The notes under the pieces: generated by a model
What the model was told of the DNA's origin: nothing
The model's database searches: none
Seen by the model: the letters and a program-made list of their open reading frames with translations, nothing else
Program-made: the position numbers and the translations under genes
Shown: in pieces, positions 1-12,282 of the stretch
Numbering within the stretch: position 1 is the stretch's first letter
How the letters are laid out: each line of letters starts with the position of its first letter
Assembly: GCA_022813865.1 (NCBI GenBank)
Contig: JALDZX010000019.1
Coordinates: 1-64,000, forward strand
Direction of reading: 5' to 3'
DNA length: 64,000 nucleotides
Source of the DNA: Xylographa opegraphella
Lineage: Eukaryota

Positions 1-1992
1 GAACTGCGGGGATAGAGTTTGAGATGCCTAAATAACAGATTCATTCCGGCACAAGTGGTTTTCCTCCACCTATGGAGGGACGTTAGTCCCAACACATGGA
101 ACGATAATATGTGGCTACCTTGTGGAACATAGCACATTATACGTAAGCTTATATGGTAATACTCTGGCATAGGATTCGTGTCGTATACTGCTCGTGGGAT
201 AGTAGATAGTTTGACGCTGACCTTGAACGGATAAATGCATTTTTGCGTGCCAGTAAACTTTCCGGTAGGCGTGCTAGTTCCAACTACATGATAGATGTTC
301 GTGATCGAAGCATCGCCAAATCGAGGAAAACTATCTAGGCTATCCTCGTAGTGAAGCCTTTCCTTTGATGCCTGCCGACGGGAAAATGAATCACTCAGCT
401 TTATAGTGACAATCGCGTCCATCGAGCGGCCATGCACTAGGACAAATCAAAATCCGTGGCCGACTCCAACAGCATCGTGTCTACTTAGTTTACCAGACTT
501 TTTCCTGATCCCCACGACGGTACATCAATGAGATGACTTAAGAGCGCCTCTGGCTTGTCTGTGGTGGTATTTGCTCTATATGCTCCGAAAACTGTAGTGC
601 GAGCATCTCATTTGTCCACACCAATTCGAACAGAACCTCTCTCAGAGGATCTCGCGGCTACCTTCCCTGTTTACATGAATCCCTGCGGCTATATATCTCG
701 CTTTTGAGGGTTGGAATTACTCCGTGTAGGCATTTCTGGAGGCTTTACGCACCTATCGCCAATAACCTCATTATTGACCATGGGGTCGCCTATCTTACCT
801 CTATTATCTAGACCTTTGTCGCCAACGCTTCTAACGGTCAAACGAAACCAAATGCTTACCAATCTACTCATCGCCGCTAGCGTCAGGTATGACCTAACAG
901 TGTACTGAGGTAGATTACAGCGGCGCCAGGCCCATTAGAGAGGTATAAAAGCCTTAGTTTGGTCAAGGACCAAATCAAATACGATCTTTAGACAGCTATC
1001 GAATTTCAAGTTTCCAGGATGTTTTGAAAATGTGGTTCAGTGGTTCATGTTTTCTGATATGGATGTGCTAGAAATCCCAAGGGAAGGAGCTCCTGACAAG
1101 CTGGATTCTCATAGATCCGATGGTTGATTTATTGTTATCAATGAAGCCAACATATTCGAGACGCAGATAATTGTGAAGCGTATGTTGGTAGCTCTAGGTC
1201 AAAAAATCTCAACCGGACATGGTAATGTCATGTCAAATGCCGCCAGAAATACAGCTTGATTATACAGGTATTTATGATATATCATAAACACGCATGCTGG
1301 CAGCTTGGGCCATCAGGTCAAACGAAAGTAAGCCATAGGCTACCGCGGATTGGTGTGAGGTTACTGAAAGTGAGCTCGGTTGCGGTTGCGCAAGTGTAAT
1401 AGCAGCAGGAAATTTGTGAGGCTTACAAGTATCGAAGTACTTTTCGCTGTGGAATCCTATGTTCAGACAATATTGTTGTACGATTTTCTTGTCTCTGGAG
1501 AGACGTAATTCGTTCGTATCTCGTAGACCAGAGTTTAGATGAGGTAGGACAAATTCCTACTGGTATAAAGAGACCAACTTCGGTAATTAATAAGTCAAAG
1601 GGTCCATCGAAGGGGCTCAGCCGCGTGAGCTTAGTTAGGGCTAGCAATATAATACCACTTAGCAGCGTAATTGGCTGGGCGCTGTAAAGGGCCCTGCGAT
1701 GTATCAAGCACCCAAGGCCACCAAGTATCCTAAAACTTGTTGCGTAATTTATCACACCCCGTCGCGGCTTGGAGGTATGTACTCCGTACCGTACAGCGCA
1801 ATTCTCCGGTAGCCTAATTTAGGCCCTTGAACGGAAGTGAGCAATAGATTCAATATCATATCCCTCCTCAAAATCGAGCTACGTATAGCTTCTTGTCTCT
1901 CGCACCCACTTGTATTTTGACAAATTGCGCTGGAGAGATGCAAGGGCTGTGGTAAAGTCATCTTGGAGCTTAGACTCCTTCGGAAAACCATC

Positions 1993-4900
1993 ATGGCATC
2001 TGCAATTCATCCTGCGTTTGCTGCCGCCGGCGTCTCCAATCGAATACCTGTACCCAATGGCCTTGCAGCGGTTGCTGTTCCATCGATACCTCCAGGTACA
2101 TTTGCTCCCGGTACAAAGGTACAAGTTGGGGGCCACCGGGTCATTATCGTGAAATACTTGTCTGAAGGGGGTTTCGCCCATGTGTACCATGTGCGACTTC
2201 CTACACCAATTGACGGAGACGATGGCGCAGTGCTCAAGCGAGTTGCTGTACCAGACAAGGAGTCGCTGGCCAGTATGAGGACGGAGGTAGAAACAATGAA
2301 GAAACTGAAAGGACACCGGCACATCGTTACCTATATCGATTCGCATGCTTCACAACTTAAGGGAGGTGGATATGAGGTTTTTCTTCTCATGGAATACTGT
2401 GGAGGAGGAGGCTTGATTGACTTCATGAACACCCGCTTGCAGAATCGCCTTACAGAGCCGGAAATATTGAAAATATTCTCAGATGTTGCGCAGGGAGTGG
2501 CTTGTATGCACTATCTAAAGCCACCCTTGCTGCACCGGGATCTTAAAGTTGAGAATGTTCTAATATCCTCAACTGGCACTTCACGGCAGTACAAACTCTG
2601 TGACTTTGGCTCGACTGCCCCTCCTCGACCTGCGGCTACAACTGCTGCGGAGGGCCGCTTGATCGAGGACGATGTTCAAAAACACACAACACTGCAGTAT
2701 CGAAGTCCCGAAATGATTGATGTGTATCGCAAACAACCGATTGACGAAAAAAGTGATATCTGGGCATTAGGAGTTCTTCTCTACAAGCTCTGTTATTATA
2801 CCACTCCGTTTGAAGAGCAAGGTCAGATGGCTATCCTCAATGCAAGCTTTAAATTTCCAGGCTACCCTGTTTTTACAGACACGCTCAAGAAACTGATCGG
2901 TATGTTCAAGAGATTCGGGTCTTGCTTGTATACCTCGTCCTAATGAGCGCAGCATCAATGCTCAGAGAAAAGCCGCAGGCGCGACCAAACATATACCAGG
3001 TGGTTCGTGAGATCTGTCTAATGCGAGGCACGGACGTACCAATCAAAGATGTAAGTTGATGTTTCTTGCTAGAATAACTTTGCTTATATCTACACAGATC
3101 TACACTGGCCGACCTGTAGCAGATATTCGTCGCAACCAGCAGTTACCATCTCCGCCGGGCAATGCAGCCTCGCCGCCACCCGTCGGAGCATATAAAGCAT
3201 TTCCTGTTGAAGAGAAATTAAGCATACCAGAGGTAACTCCAATGAGGCGAGGAAGGCCCACGGAGTCCTCATCTAAGCATCCTATCTCACGCCCGAACCC
3301 CTCACCAATGCGAGCAGTCGGCAGTGACCCTTTTGCTGCCTTGGACGTTCCGTCAGATGCAATAACCGACACCTTATCACCCGACGATATTTCAGCGCGT
3401 TTTCCACCCCTCGACCAATTTTCGATATTGCATGAATCTGGAAATAAGTTCGCATTTGATCAGAAATTGCCATCACTGGCCTCTCCTCCGCCAAAGGATA
3501 TAAATCAGCGTGTTACTGAAGCACTTGCAGACGATGCTTTCGCGCTGCCAGTGTTGTCTACCGCAGAACCTCTCACGCACTCTAAGTCTGTTCCTACATC
3601 GATCAGTACTCTTGGCAGCTCGAAACCGGTACTCAGCAAACAGTTGGCACCAAATTCTGCGAAGTCGCAGCAGATACCACGAAATACTCCCCATCGACCA
3701 AACATGGTTTCCACAGGCACGATGACATCCCCTTCCCCTCCACCACACGAAAGCACTTCGTCACGTCCAATCTTCCGGTTTCCTCCACCCTCAGACCAAC
3801 GCGCATCAAGTCATTCCCGAGTATTAGAGCAATCAGGATCTGCAGAGACACCTGCAGAAAACAGCAGTCTCTCAACTCATCGTCCAAATTTGCTTGTTAC
3901 TAGGTCAAAGTCTCAAACAACCACCCTTTCTTCTGTTAACCCTTCTGTTTCATCCCGTCCTTCGCTTGAGGGTGGAAGACCTGCCGCTATCAACTACGAC
4001 GACACACTCAGCCGGTCTAGGTCGACGAACTTTAGGAACAGGCCCGTCAGTGCTCATGTAGAACCGAGTCGCAGACTACTCCAAGCGCGGTCGCCATCCC
4101 GTGCTCCAGATTTGACTGATGCTCTGGAATTTAAGTCGACAGATCAAGAATGGCAGGGAGCAGAAACAGCGTTAGCCTCTGGTGAAGAATCCGAGCCTGC
4201 CAAAATTGAGTCTAACGTGGAATTTTTGCGCGCTATGGAAGAAGAAGACCCTGTAAAGCGAAAAGACAAACGTAGTAGCAGCGGTTCTAAACATATAAAG
4301 CGTGCTAGTATGCCTTCTATTTCTTTATCAGGGACAAAGTCGCTTTTAGCAGGTCGATTTGGTGATGCTTTCCGTCGATTTGAAACAAACACAAGTGGTT
4401 CCAATCAACGTGATAGGAGTCCTTCCGTGGAACGACGTGGAAGTGAGTTGACTCCCATTGCTGGATCCGAGGCCACTGATGGCAGAAGTGATGATGGTCA
4501 AGTAATAGAAGAAACAGAAGAAACGCCACCAGAGGTTCGGCGAGAGCTGGAGAGGCGACGTCTATCACTTGAAGAAAGGCGCGTAGCTGAAGCTGCTGCT
4601 GCGTATAAGCAAAAGCTTGCTGAAGGCGGAAACGAATATGGGAGAGGGCGTTCCGATGGGACTCGAGCTGCTCTGATACAGAATAAAGTCCAGGCACTTC
4701 TTGTAGAGAATGGCAAGTCGTCTCCTACAAAAACCGCCGAAGGCTACGGACGATTTACGGAAACGCAAAGAAGGGTAGACGATACAAGGGTCCCGGACTC
4801 GTCACTGTCACATTCGGGAAACCTTCCACTTCGTGCTCCTGTACAACGCGAGTTTCCAAACACTACCCGCCAGGACGTTGCAACGAGCAGCTCATCTGCA

Positions 4901-5173
4901 CCACCAAACGACCGAGCGTTTTCACGACCGAGCGCTCCTCCAAAACCACAAGCTCTACGTACTGGTGGGCGTGGTGAACCACATGTTCCAATGCCAGCCA
5001 GAGGACCTACTTCTGGAGCACGGGTGGCTCAGCATTTTGAAACATCTGCTAATAATAATGAAGATTGGGAAACAGATTTCAGCAAACGTTATCCAAACTT
5101 ATCGGGGATAGAAATGGTAGAAACAGAGATCGATAGAAAGGATTCTGTTGGGTTCAGCGTGAAGGATGTATGA
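1993..5173 (+). CDS. NAK family (Ark1/Prk1-like) Ser/Thr protein kinase; 3 exons (1993-2899, 2953-3050, 3098-5173)
   Basis: Kinase motifs LSEGGFAHVY, AVLKR, HRDLKVEN, DFG, TTLQYRSPEM and DIWALG are typical of NAK kinases. GTATGT..CAG and GTAAGT..CAG introns join it to a long Pro/Ser-rich C-terminal ORF. Confidence 0.9.
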
Positions 5174-5569
5174 TGTATCTGAAACGGCTGCTGAGAATCG
5201 GTCCGAATTCTTGGATTCCTTTGTAGATACTGTGAAAAATACTGTACTATAGACGCCAAAATCAGAACGCATGAATACTCGATATCTCTACCATCCGTAA
5301 CATCCAGAGCTTGTGGAAAGGTACACAACTTCATTATTATCCGCTTGAACAAAGGCAACATGACGTCGTGGGATAGGATCTGGTAGCTGCGCTCTATGGT
5401 TGCCAGAGCTTTTACGTTCTGAGTCATGCGCTATCTACCACAAGTAAACCGGCTCCCCATAATCATTCAAAGGGTTGCTTCCATTCTACCAAGAAGAATA
5501 ACCATAACAACAGCCATCATTTTTCATACAAAATCCCCGTTTCTGTTCTCTTCTCTAGGTAGAGTCAGA

Positions 5570-6670
5570 ATGCCTCGCCGAGGTGGAAGTAGCAGAGGTG
5601 CTACTAAAGCACCATTGTCTCGCGAGGTCATGATCTCTAAGAAGATCAGCTACGTGTTACGGCACGGGGCCGAAAAGGAAGGCTTGAAGCTGGACGAGAA
5701 TGGTTATGCGAACTGCGCAGATCTGGTCTGTTTGAAGTTCTCTCCTGGCTTGTACACGTTTTTCTTCAATCCATGACAATGATACCATATATGTATTCTT
5801 TGATGGCTTCGTGGTTGATGGTTATGAACATCCATCACGCCGGTTGCTGGAAGCTTGACAAACCCTTCGGCATGCTTGTGCCATTTTCTTTGTCATTGAC
5901 TTGCTGTTAGGTATGTTATATGGTACGAGTCGAACTAACACAACCTATAGCTACAATGGCGCAACCTCCGCTCTCTCAGCGTCACTTTTCCAGAGCTCCA
6001 ATCGATCGTTGCCTCCAATGACAAGCAGCGATTCCAGCTCGTCCCTATCACCCCTCCCGTGTCTTCTGAACGGAACCTCTCTTCCGAACCAGGCCAGTAC
6101 CTCATCCGCGCTTCCCAAGGGCATTCGCTCCCTATAGCTTCCTCTGCGCTTCTCACGCCCATACTGCTTACCGACATCGATTTCCCCGATGAGGTCGTTC
6201 ATGGCACGTTCCCTGCGGCATGGAAGCTGATTCTCAAGTCTGGCGGTCTTAGCAGGATGCGGAGACAGCATGTCCATTTCGCAACAGGTTTGCCAGCAGG
6301 GTCGAACACGAAGTCGATGGCATCCATGCCTGCCGTACATGAACCTGACCTGAAAGTTCTACCCAAAACAGACGGACAAGCCTTCGTGGAGGGTGAGGAC
6401 GGCTCGGAAACGGCCGTCGTTGCGCTGAATGAAGGCAAAGCAACAGAGGAGAAGGTCATCAGCGGGATGCGCAGAGACGCCAGTGTGCTTGTCTGGGTCG
6501 ATGTCCGCCGCAGCATCGCCGACGGTGGCCTGAAGTGGTGGCGGAGTGCCAACGGGGTCATCCTCACAGAAGGCGATTCACACGGCATGGTTTCATTAGA
6601 CTTTGTCAAGAGGGCAGAGAAAAGAGGAGGTGGTATTCTGTGGGAGCCTGCTAGAGACCCAACAAGCTGA
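5570..6670 (+). CDS. TPT1: tRNA 2'-phosphotransferase (Tpt1/KptA); exons 5570-5725 and 5951-6670
   Basis: Motifs SKKISYVLRHGA, NDKQRF, IRASQGHS, HGT, GGLSRMRRQHVHF, ISGMR and SANGVILTEG. The 225-nt intron joins the exons in frame. Confidence 0.92.
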
Positions 6671-6936
6671 GAGGCTTTCTCACTAAATATGGAGAATGCA
6701 GTGGTTGCACCTTGAGCACCTGTGCTTCCCCGCTCCCCAGACTGTTTCGATGGTGCCCGCAGAAAGCAGTGGTTGCTGTTTAGCACTTGTGCTTCCTCGC
6801 TCCGCAGACCGTCTTCCATGGCGTCCGCAGTATCGTGACCAAGCCCCCAAGGCGCATCGACAACAGGGACGACGACAATAAGCAAGAGAATACCACACGC
6901 TGTGCCCTCGCGGCCCCTTCCTCGTCCTCTGTCCCC

Positions 6937-7570
6937 TCATCTCCTGCTTCCCCACAAGGAAGACCGCGGCACCGCCTGCTTCCTGATCCTCCGCGAGCGC
7001 GTGCTCGCCGTCGTCTTCTGCACGCCCCTCTTCTGCCGGCGGCACACAAAGCGGCTCTGATCTATAGCAGCGACCCCCAGCAATTATCCCTCATACCCCT
7101 CTGACTGCCATGCAGCATCACACCAGCAAACAGCAGCCAGGGCGAAACTCACGATCCAGCCACATCCGTTCCACATCTCCCAATCGGGCATTCTCCCCCT
7201 CCAGCCTCTCGTTCTCCAACTCCAGCGCCAGGTTCTCCGCCTGCAGCCGATCCGTCACCGCCTGGTTGAGCCAGTTCTCCGTCCGCAGCTGGCCGCGGTC
7301 GTAGACGAGCCAGGCGTTGGTGTTTTCGAGGGTGGTTTTGTCGGCCAGGAGGCCGTCCCGTCGGGCGGCGAGCTTGTCGGCGGTCTCGAGGAGGGCTTTG
7401 CGCTGAGTGCGCAGGTGGAGGATGAGGTCGTTCTGCGCGTCGCGCTCCGTGAGGAAGGTGCGGTTGTCGGCTTGGAGGGCGGATACTAGGGTCTCGAGGT
7501 CGTGGATGCGGGTTTGGGGGTCGGAGGTGGTGGGGGTGAGGTGGTGGGGGGGAAGGGGGGAGGGGGCCAT
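6937..7570 (-). CDS. Orphan coiled-coil protein with a basic C-terminal tail; probable exons 7570-7153 and 7061-6937
   Basis: ATG in a good context (ACCATGG), high-GC3 codon use, heptad-like L/E/A-rich ORF. A GTGAGT..TATAG intron with a weak branch site gives an Arg/Lys-rich tail. No recognisable family. Confidence 0.55.
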
Positions 7571-7633
7571 GGTGGTGAAGGGGAAAGACGACCAGCGTCT
7601 GGAGGTGAGGGGAAGGGGATGGGGAAAAGAGAC

Positions 7634-7817
7634 AGGTGCCAGCACCTGGAAAGAGGGAAGGAAAAGAGAGACAGGTGACCAGCACCTGAGAGGAGAGAGG
7701 AGGGGAGAGAAAGAGGTGACCAGCACCGGAAAGGAGGGAGAAGGAGGGGAGAGAAAGAGGTGACCAGCACCGGAAAGGAGGGAGAAGGAGGTGAGAGAGA
7801 AAGGTGACCAGCACCTG
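7634..7817. repeat. Five-copy array of AGGTG(A)CCAGCACC with purine-rich spacers (period about 39-44 nt)
   Basis: Copies start at about 7634, 7673, 7714, 7758 and 7802. A degenerate sixth copy lies near 7588. Confidence 0.9.
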
Positions 7818-7854
7818 AGTAAAAGGATGTGATTGGGAAGTGTGATGGGAGTAT

Positions 7855-7883
7855 GATGGTGATGGTGATGGTGATGGTGATGG
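7855..7883. repeat. (GATGGT)n microsatellite
   Basis: About 5 tandem hexamer units are directly visible. Confidence 0.85.
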
Positions 7884-8741
7884 GAATGTGGTGATGTTGC
7901 TGAGGAAAAAAGAGAGAGAAGAGCAGTGATGAAGGGGGTATAAGTATTGGAGGGTGGGTCCCCTGGGGAGTGGGCTCAATAGAGAAGGGCGAGTCAATAG
8001 GGACAAGGCAGACAATGGAGTTGCTCTGGTCATGAGTATATAGATGAATAGGGGACATTCAGAATCATATATAGGAGGTTTTACATCAATGGGTGTGACA
8101 ATGAAGATGATTGGGAATTCACAATATCAATGACTGTTGAGGCGGACTTGATCAATAGCCGAGTTAACTTGGAATTGTCAAGACCAAGCTTAGGGTTATA
8201 TAAATAGGAAATAAGCTTTGGCGAAAATGTTTGATTGAGGGAAAAGTAGTTCATCAATCGCTAAGCGACAATGGACAAGGTCAACGCCGTAGTTTGAACT
8301 TAGAAAACAGAGACAATACGAAAGCTCGAGATCTGGAATGAATCACTGAAGTAGTAAGAGTGTCCAAACGTAGCCGGAGCACGATTTTGGTGCATCCCCA
8401 TTGGTTGTATACATGAAGTAGTACATCTATAGCCTCAGATCTGTCCTTTGCAATCGCCTCTACCTACTGCGACGCGCTGGAATATGTCGACCCAATGCTG
8501 CACCGGTTGTTCCCGTTTCTGCTCTCATTCGGCGACCCGTGCTGCATAGCGATGCCGACATGATCATGATGGCGGCAACCATGAAGTGAGGTTGGTAGCC
8601 CTGTTCACGCGGAGTGGACTCTGATAATTGCCATTGTCGCTTCCCTTGCGGGATGGCCTGGAAGATCCAGGTTCCTGACCCAGATTCTACCACTATGATC
8701 TTATAGCTTTGTTCATCTTTCCTAAACATGATCCCATCTCA

Positions 8742-9113
8742 TCAATCTGACAAACTTCCATTCAGGAATCCCTCAGCCAGTCTTGCGACAACGTCTGGCC
8801 TCAAAACATCCCGTCTGAAGTCTTCCTGCTGCAGCAACTCCAATGCTTTGAGCGTAGGGCCTGGGTAGCTTAGGTATTTGACATAGGCTGGCTGTGTCCA
8901 ATAGAGGAGATATTTGAGGTAGGCAACGAAAGCCGGATTCTGGAGAAGCTTCGTGGTTGCTAGATGGGAGAGGTATGGCGGCGAGGCAAGCAGAGTCACG
9001 AATTCGAGCTCGAGCTCGAATCTCGTGAATCCTCCATAAAGAGGTTCATGTATACCTGCTGAAGACGAAGAATGAGGTTCAGGCGGAACGCTCGAGGAGT
9101 TGTTCTCGGCCAT
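8742..9113 (-). CDS. MED31: Mediator subunit 31 (Soh1)
   Basis: Intronless ORF with [38 protein letters not shown] and [10 protein letters not shown]. Confidence 0.93.
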   Translation of the reverse strand: MAENNSSSVPPEPHSSSSAGIHEPLYGGFTRFELELEFVTLLASPPYLSHLATTKLLQNPAFVAYLKYLLYWTQPAYVKYLSYPGPTLKALELLQQEDFRRDVLRPDVVARLAEGFLNGSLSD

Positions 9114-9955
9114 TTATTGAAGGAAAAGCGAGTGCCTGACAGGCACGCTGAAAGGATGTGGTCGGAATCCTCGACGTTGAACCTTATCTTTAGAGCGCCT
9201 GCATAGCGTGGCCGATCCTTGACGATGGAACGAAGGATCTTGTTCTTGTGGGACAGAAATGTGTGGCCAGTTCGAGCAATGAAATGAATTGATCTACGGT
9301 GCGGTTGAACTGGTGTAATGACTGCCTCCCTGAGAGTGAATTGAAGTCTCCAACATTCTGGTGATCTTGTGAATATTCTACTTGTTGTAGTTAGACCCAC
9401 AGTGCTTTGGCGCCTGGAATACGAGGCCAGGCAGCTTGGCTTCACACCCGGAAGAAGAAAGCACAAAAAAGCCACGCACTGAAGGGGGAAGTCACGCTCT
9501 GAGGCAAATCTTGCATTCCGGGTGAAGTCGAAGCAGCCGAGCCTATCTTCTTCCTGCACCCTCGCATCATTCTTCTCACCACATCAGATTTTCGCTCCTC
9601 ACTACACACATACTCATACTCGGTACTTTTCCCTTGTACACAATACCAAAACCCGCAGGACCTGAGCCAGTGAGCCGATCGTCTGGATCGCCCCTCCGCA
9701 GCCAATTAGGTGCTAACGCCCCCCCCCGAACCCCCTCCATCGTTGCCCCTGTTGACAGCAGTCAACAGGCTGACTAAAACAGCGACGATCCCCTCCTCCA
9801 AAAGTACTGGAACTCCCTTTCACTCTCGTCGAGTATATTCAGTCAATATACTCCGTATCAGGCCCGCGAGTCGTCGACTAGCTATCGTACTTCTTTACCA
9901 GCGTTATCAGCGTTCCAGCGGCCCTCTTCACTAAGGAAAGCGATAATCTCCAAGG

Positions 9956-11862
9956 ATGTCGCTCGTCGAATCCCAGCCGGCGGGTACGTCTGTGTCCCTC
10001 CCTTCCACGCGCTTGGGCAGATTCCAGTGGTCCAAAACCTGCTTGCATCTGCCCGAAACAATAACCCCTTCGTCACTGCTGGCCGAACACATGCTTATTA
10101 TATAACCTCGATAGCGAGGCGATTGTCGCCTGGTCTCACTGTGAATCTACCCACAAACAATCCGTTTCGCAAGGGCGCACCATCTCCTGCACTTACGACC
10201 CCTCCTGAAAGACCATCGTCGCGAAACCCATTTCTTGACAACGTCCCGGCAATGAACACAATCATGTCTCAGCAGAAAACCATTTCCCCTGTGAGAGCTG
10301 TGGCGACAAATGAAAGGGCAACTCCACCGAGGCGACCAACAGGACCAGCTGAGACAGGGGAGTTTCTGGTACGTCATACCACCTCCAGCCTCCCTCCTTG
10401 AGGAATTACTATACCAGCCATCTGCTAATCACTTCCCCCAGAATAAATTAAGTCTTGTTGACCAAGGTACCACGAATGGTAACCGTTACCCAATGGCGCC
10501 ACCCAGAACCACTAACGGACTTGCTCGAGCAGAAAACTTGCCACCACCAATCAAGCATCGCCCTTCTCGATCCCACGAGGAAGAACATAGACTTCGCAAT
10601 GGAGGAAAGCCTCGTGGGACCGATCAGGTACTCGACATATTTGCGGATCCACCTCAGGAAGGAAATCCACGCAATGCTCGACCCAGACGAAATTCCGATT
10701 CCTCGGTCGTAGACCGTAATGATAAACCCCTGGACCCGGAAGAGGAACGGAAGCGGAGGGAAAGACGAAATCGTGTAAGAGATATAAGAGTTCGGGACGC
10801 TAAGGGCAGGCCCCTTCCTTCGTCCGCTGCTGCAAGAGGCCAGAAACCAACCCGCCGCCTAGACGTCATCGATAAGCTGGATGTTACCAGTATATATGGC
10901 ACTGGCTGTAAGCTGATTGAAGTCTTAAAGCATGAAGTTCACCTGCTGACGCTCGCTCCAATTTAGTATTTCATCATGATGGCCCATTCGATGCCTGCAA
11001 TCCTCATCGAAATCGCAAAGGGTCCCAACGTGCTCCTATGCAAGCCTTTCCGAAAGATTCGACCAATAACATCATTGGTGGCTCGGGTCCAGTCAACAAA
11101 AACATCAATCTTGCTCAATTCCATGGTCACGGTGCAGATGCTTCGAGCGAGTTCAGTACTGCTGGTTCTTCTGCACCTGCTTTTGAGCCATATGCTGGTG
11201 CAAGCGCTCCTATCCGTGGAGATGCGAGACCAGGCGTGGACCGGACTAGTAGCTTCGTACCAGCTGGCGCGGAGGTCATACATAGCGACCTGACATTGGG
11301 ACTCGGCACATCTACCTTTTTAGAGGGTGCACCAGCGGCTAGAAAAGCTATCGAGCGACGTGAAAGTGATGGCGAATTTGCAGGTTCCGGACTGTCACGA
11401 AAGAAGAGTATTGCACAGAAAATACGTGGGATCAGTAATGCAAGGAGAGACGGCTTCCCACGCACCATCGCTTCCCCAGAACCGAGATATGAAAGGACAA
11501 CGAGTCCCTTTGAGGTACAAAGTGCAGGCGGCGCGGCTCGATTAGGAAATGTTCGAGAAACCAATCCTTTTTTCAACGAATACGACACTGCATATGAAAA
11601 GAAAGGGGCTAGTATCAAGATTGCCGAAGCACAAGACATGGATGGGGCTACTGGTCATGCCAGGGCACCAAGTAATTCTACGAGAGGCGGACCGAGCGGC
11701 TATCCACTGGAAAAGAAGATCACAAACGATGCACGCCTTGGCACAGCTTTACAGCCTGATGGTGAGAGTAAGACTAGCGGTGGTTTCCTGAGTCGTGTGA
11801 AGAGCTTAAGGACAGGGGGTCGAGGCAAGCCCAGGCCAGAGAGAAGAGAGACAAGTGGCTGA
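9956..11862 (+). CDS. PAL1: Pal1 cell morphology protein; 4 exons (about 9956-9983, 10115-10368, 10442-10907, 10967-11862)
   Basis: Spliced product contains LDVIDKLDVTSIYGTG-LFHHDGPFDACNPHRN, GLGTSTFLEGAPA, NPF motifs and GGFLSRVKSL. Confidence 0.85.
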
Positions 11863-12282
11863 AACTAAATGCTTGCGGAAGAGGACGGGAGCGATAATGA
11901 CGGATGTGCTCACAGGTCTGGTCAGGAAGCGAAATGGAATCGTTGGATACAGACCGACAAATTGGGTAGTCCAAGGTGTGGCGACGAATGGGTGATTCCT
12001 ACGTACTGTAATTGTACTCTTCATCCCTAGAAGTGACGTCTTTTTCAATAGCGGACGTTATAACACAAACTAGTATATCCTTGCGTAAGTAATTCATGGA
12101 CTCGTCATGGGAAGAAGCTTGAACGGTTCAATCTGAAACTGTGTGCCCAAATACCGATGTGACGAGCATGAAAAGTGAATGAGTCGGAATATATTAAGGC
12201 CGATACGCCGAACTCACCTTATATATTAACCATACTCGGTACTATCACCGACGTCTTCAATTATCCCGCAAAATCACCAAAC

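Noticed and set aside
7634..7817. CRISPR-like repeat-spacer appearance
   Set aside because: Eukaryotic context, a core of only about 14 nt, spacers that are related low-complexity purine tracts, and no cas genes.
7149..8058. Long Pro/Ser-rich ORFs (294 aa, 190 aa) over the repeat array
   Set aside because: By-products of low-complexity sequence; only the frame from ATG 7570 looks coding.
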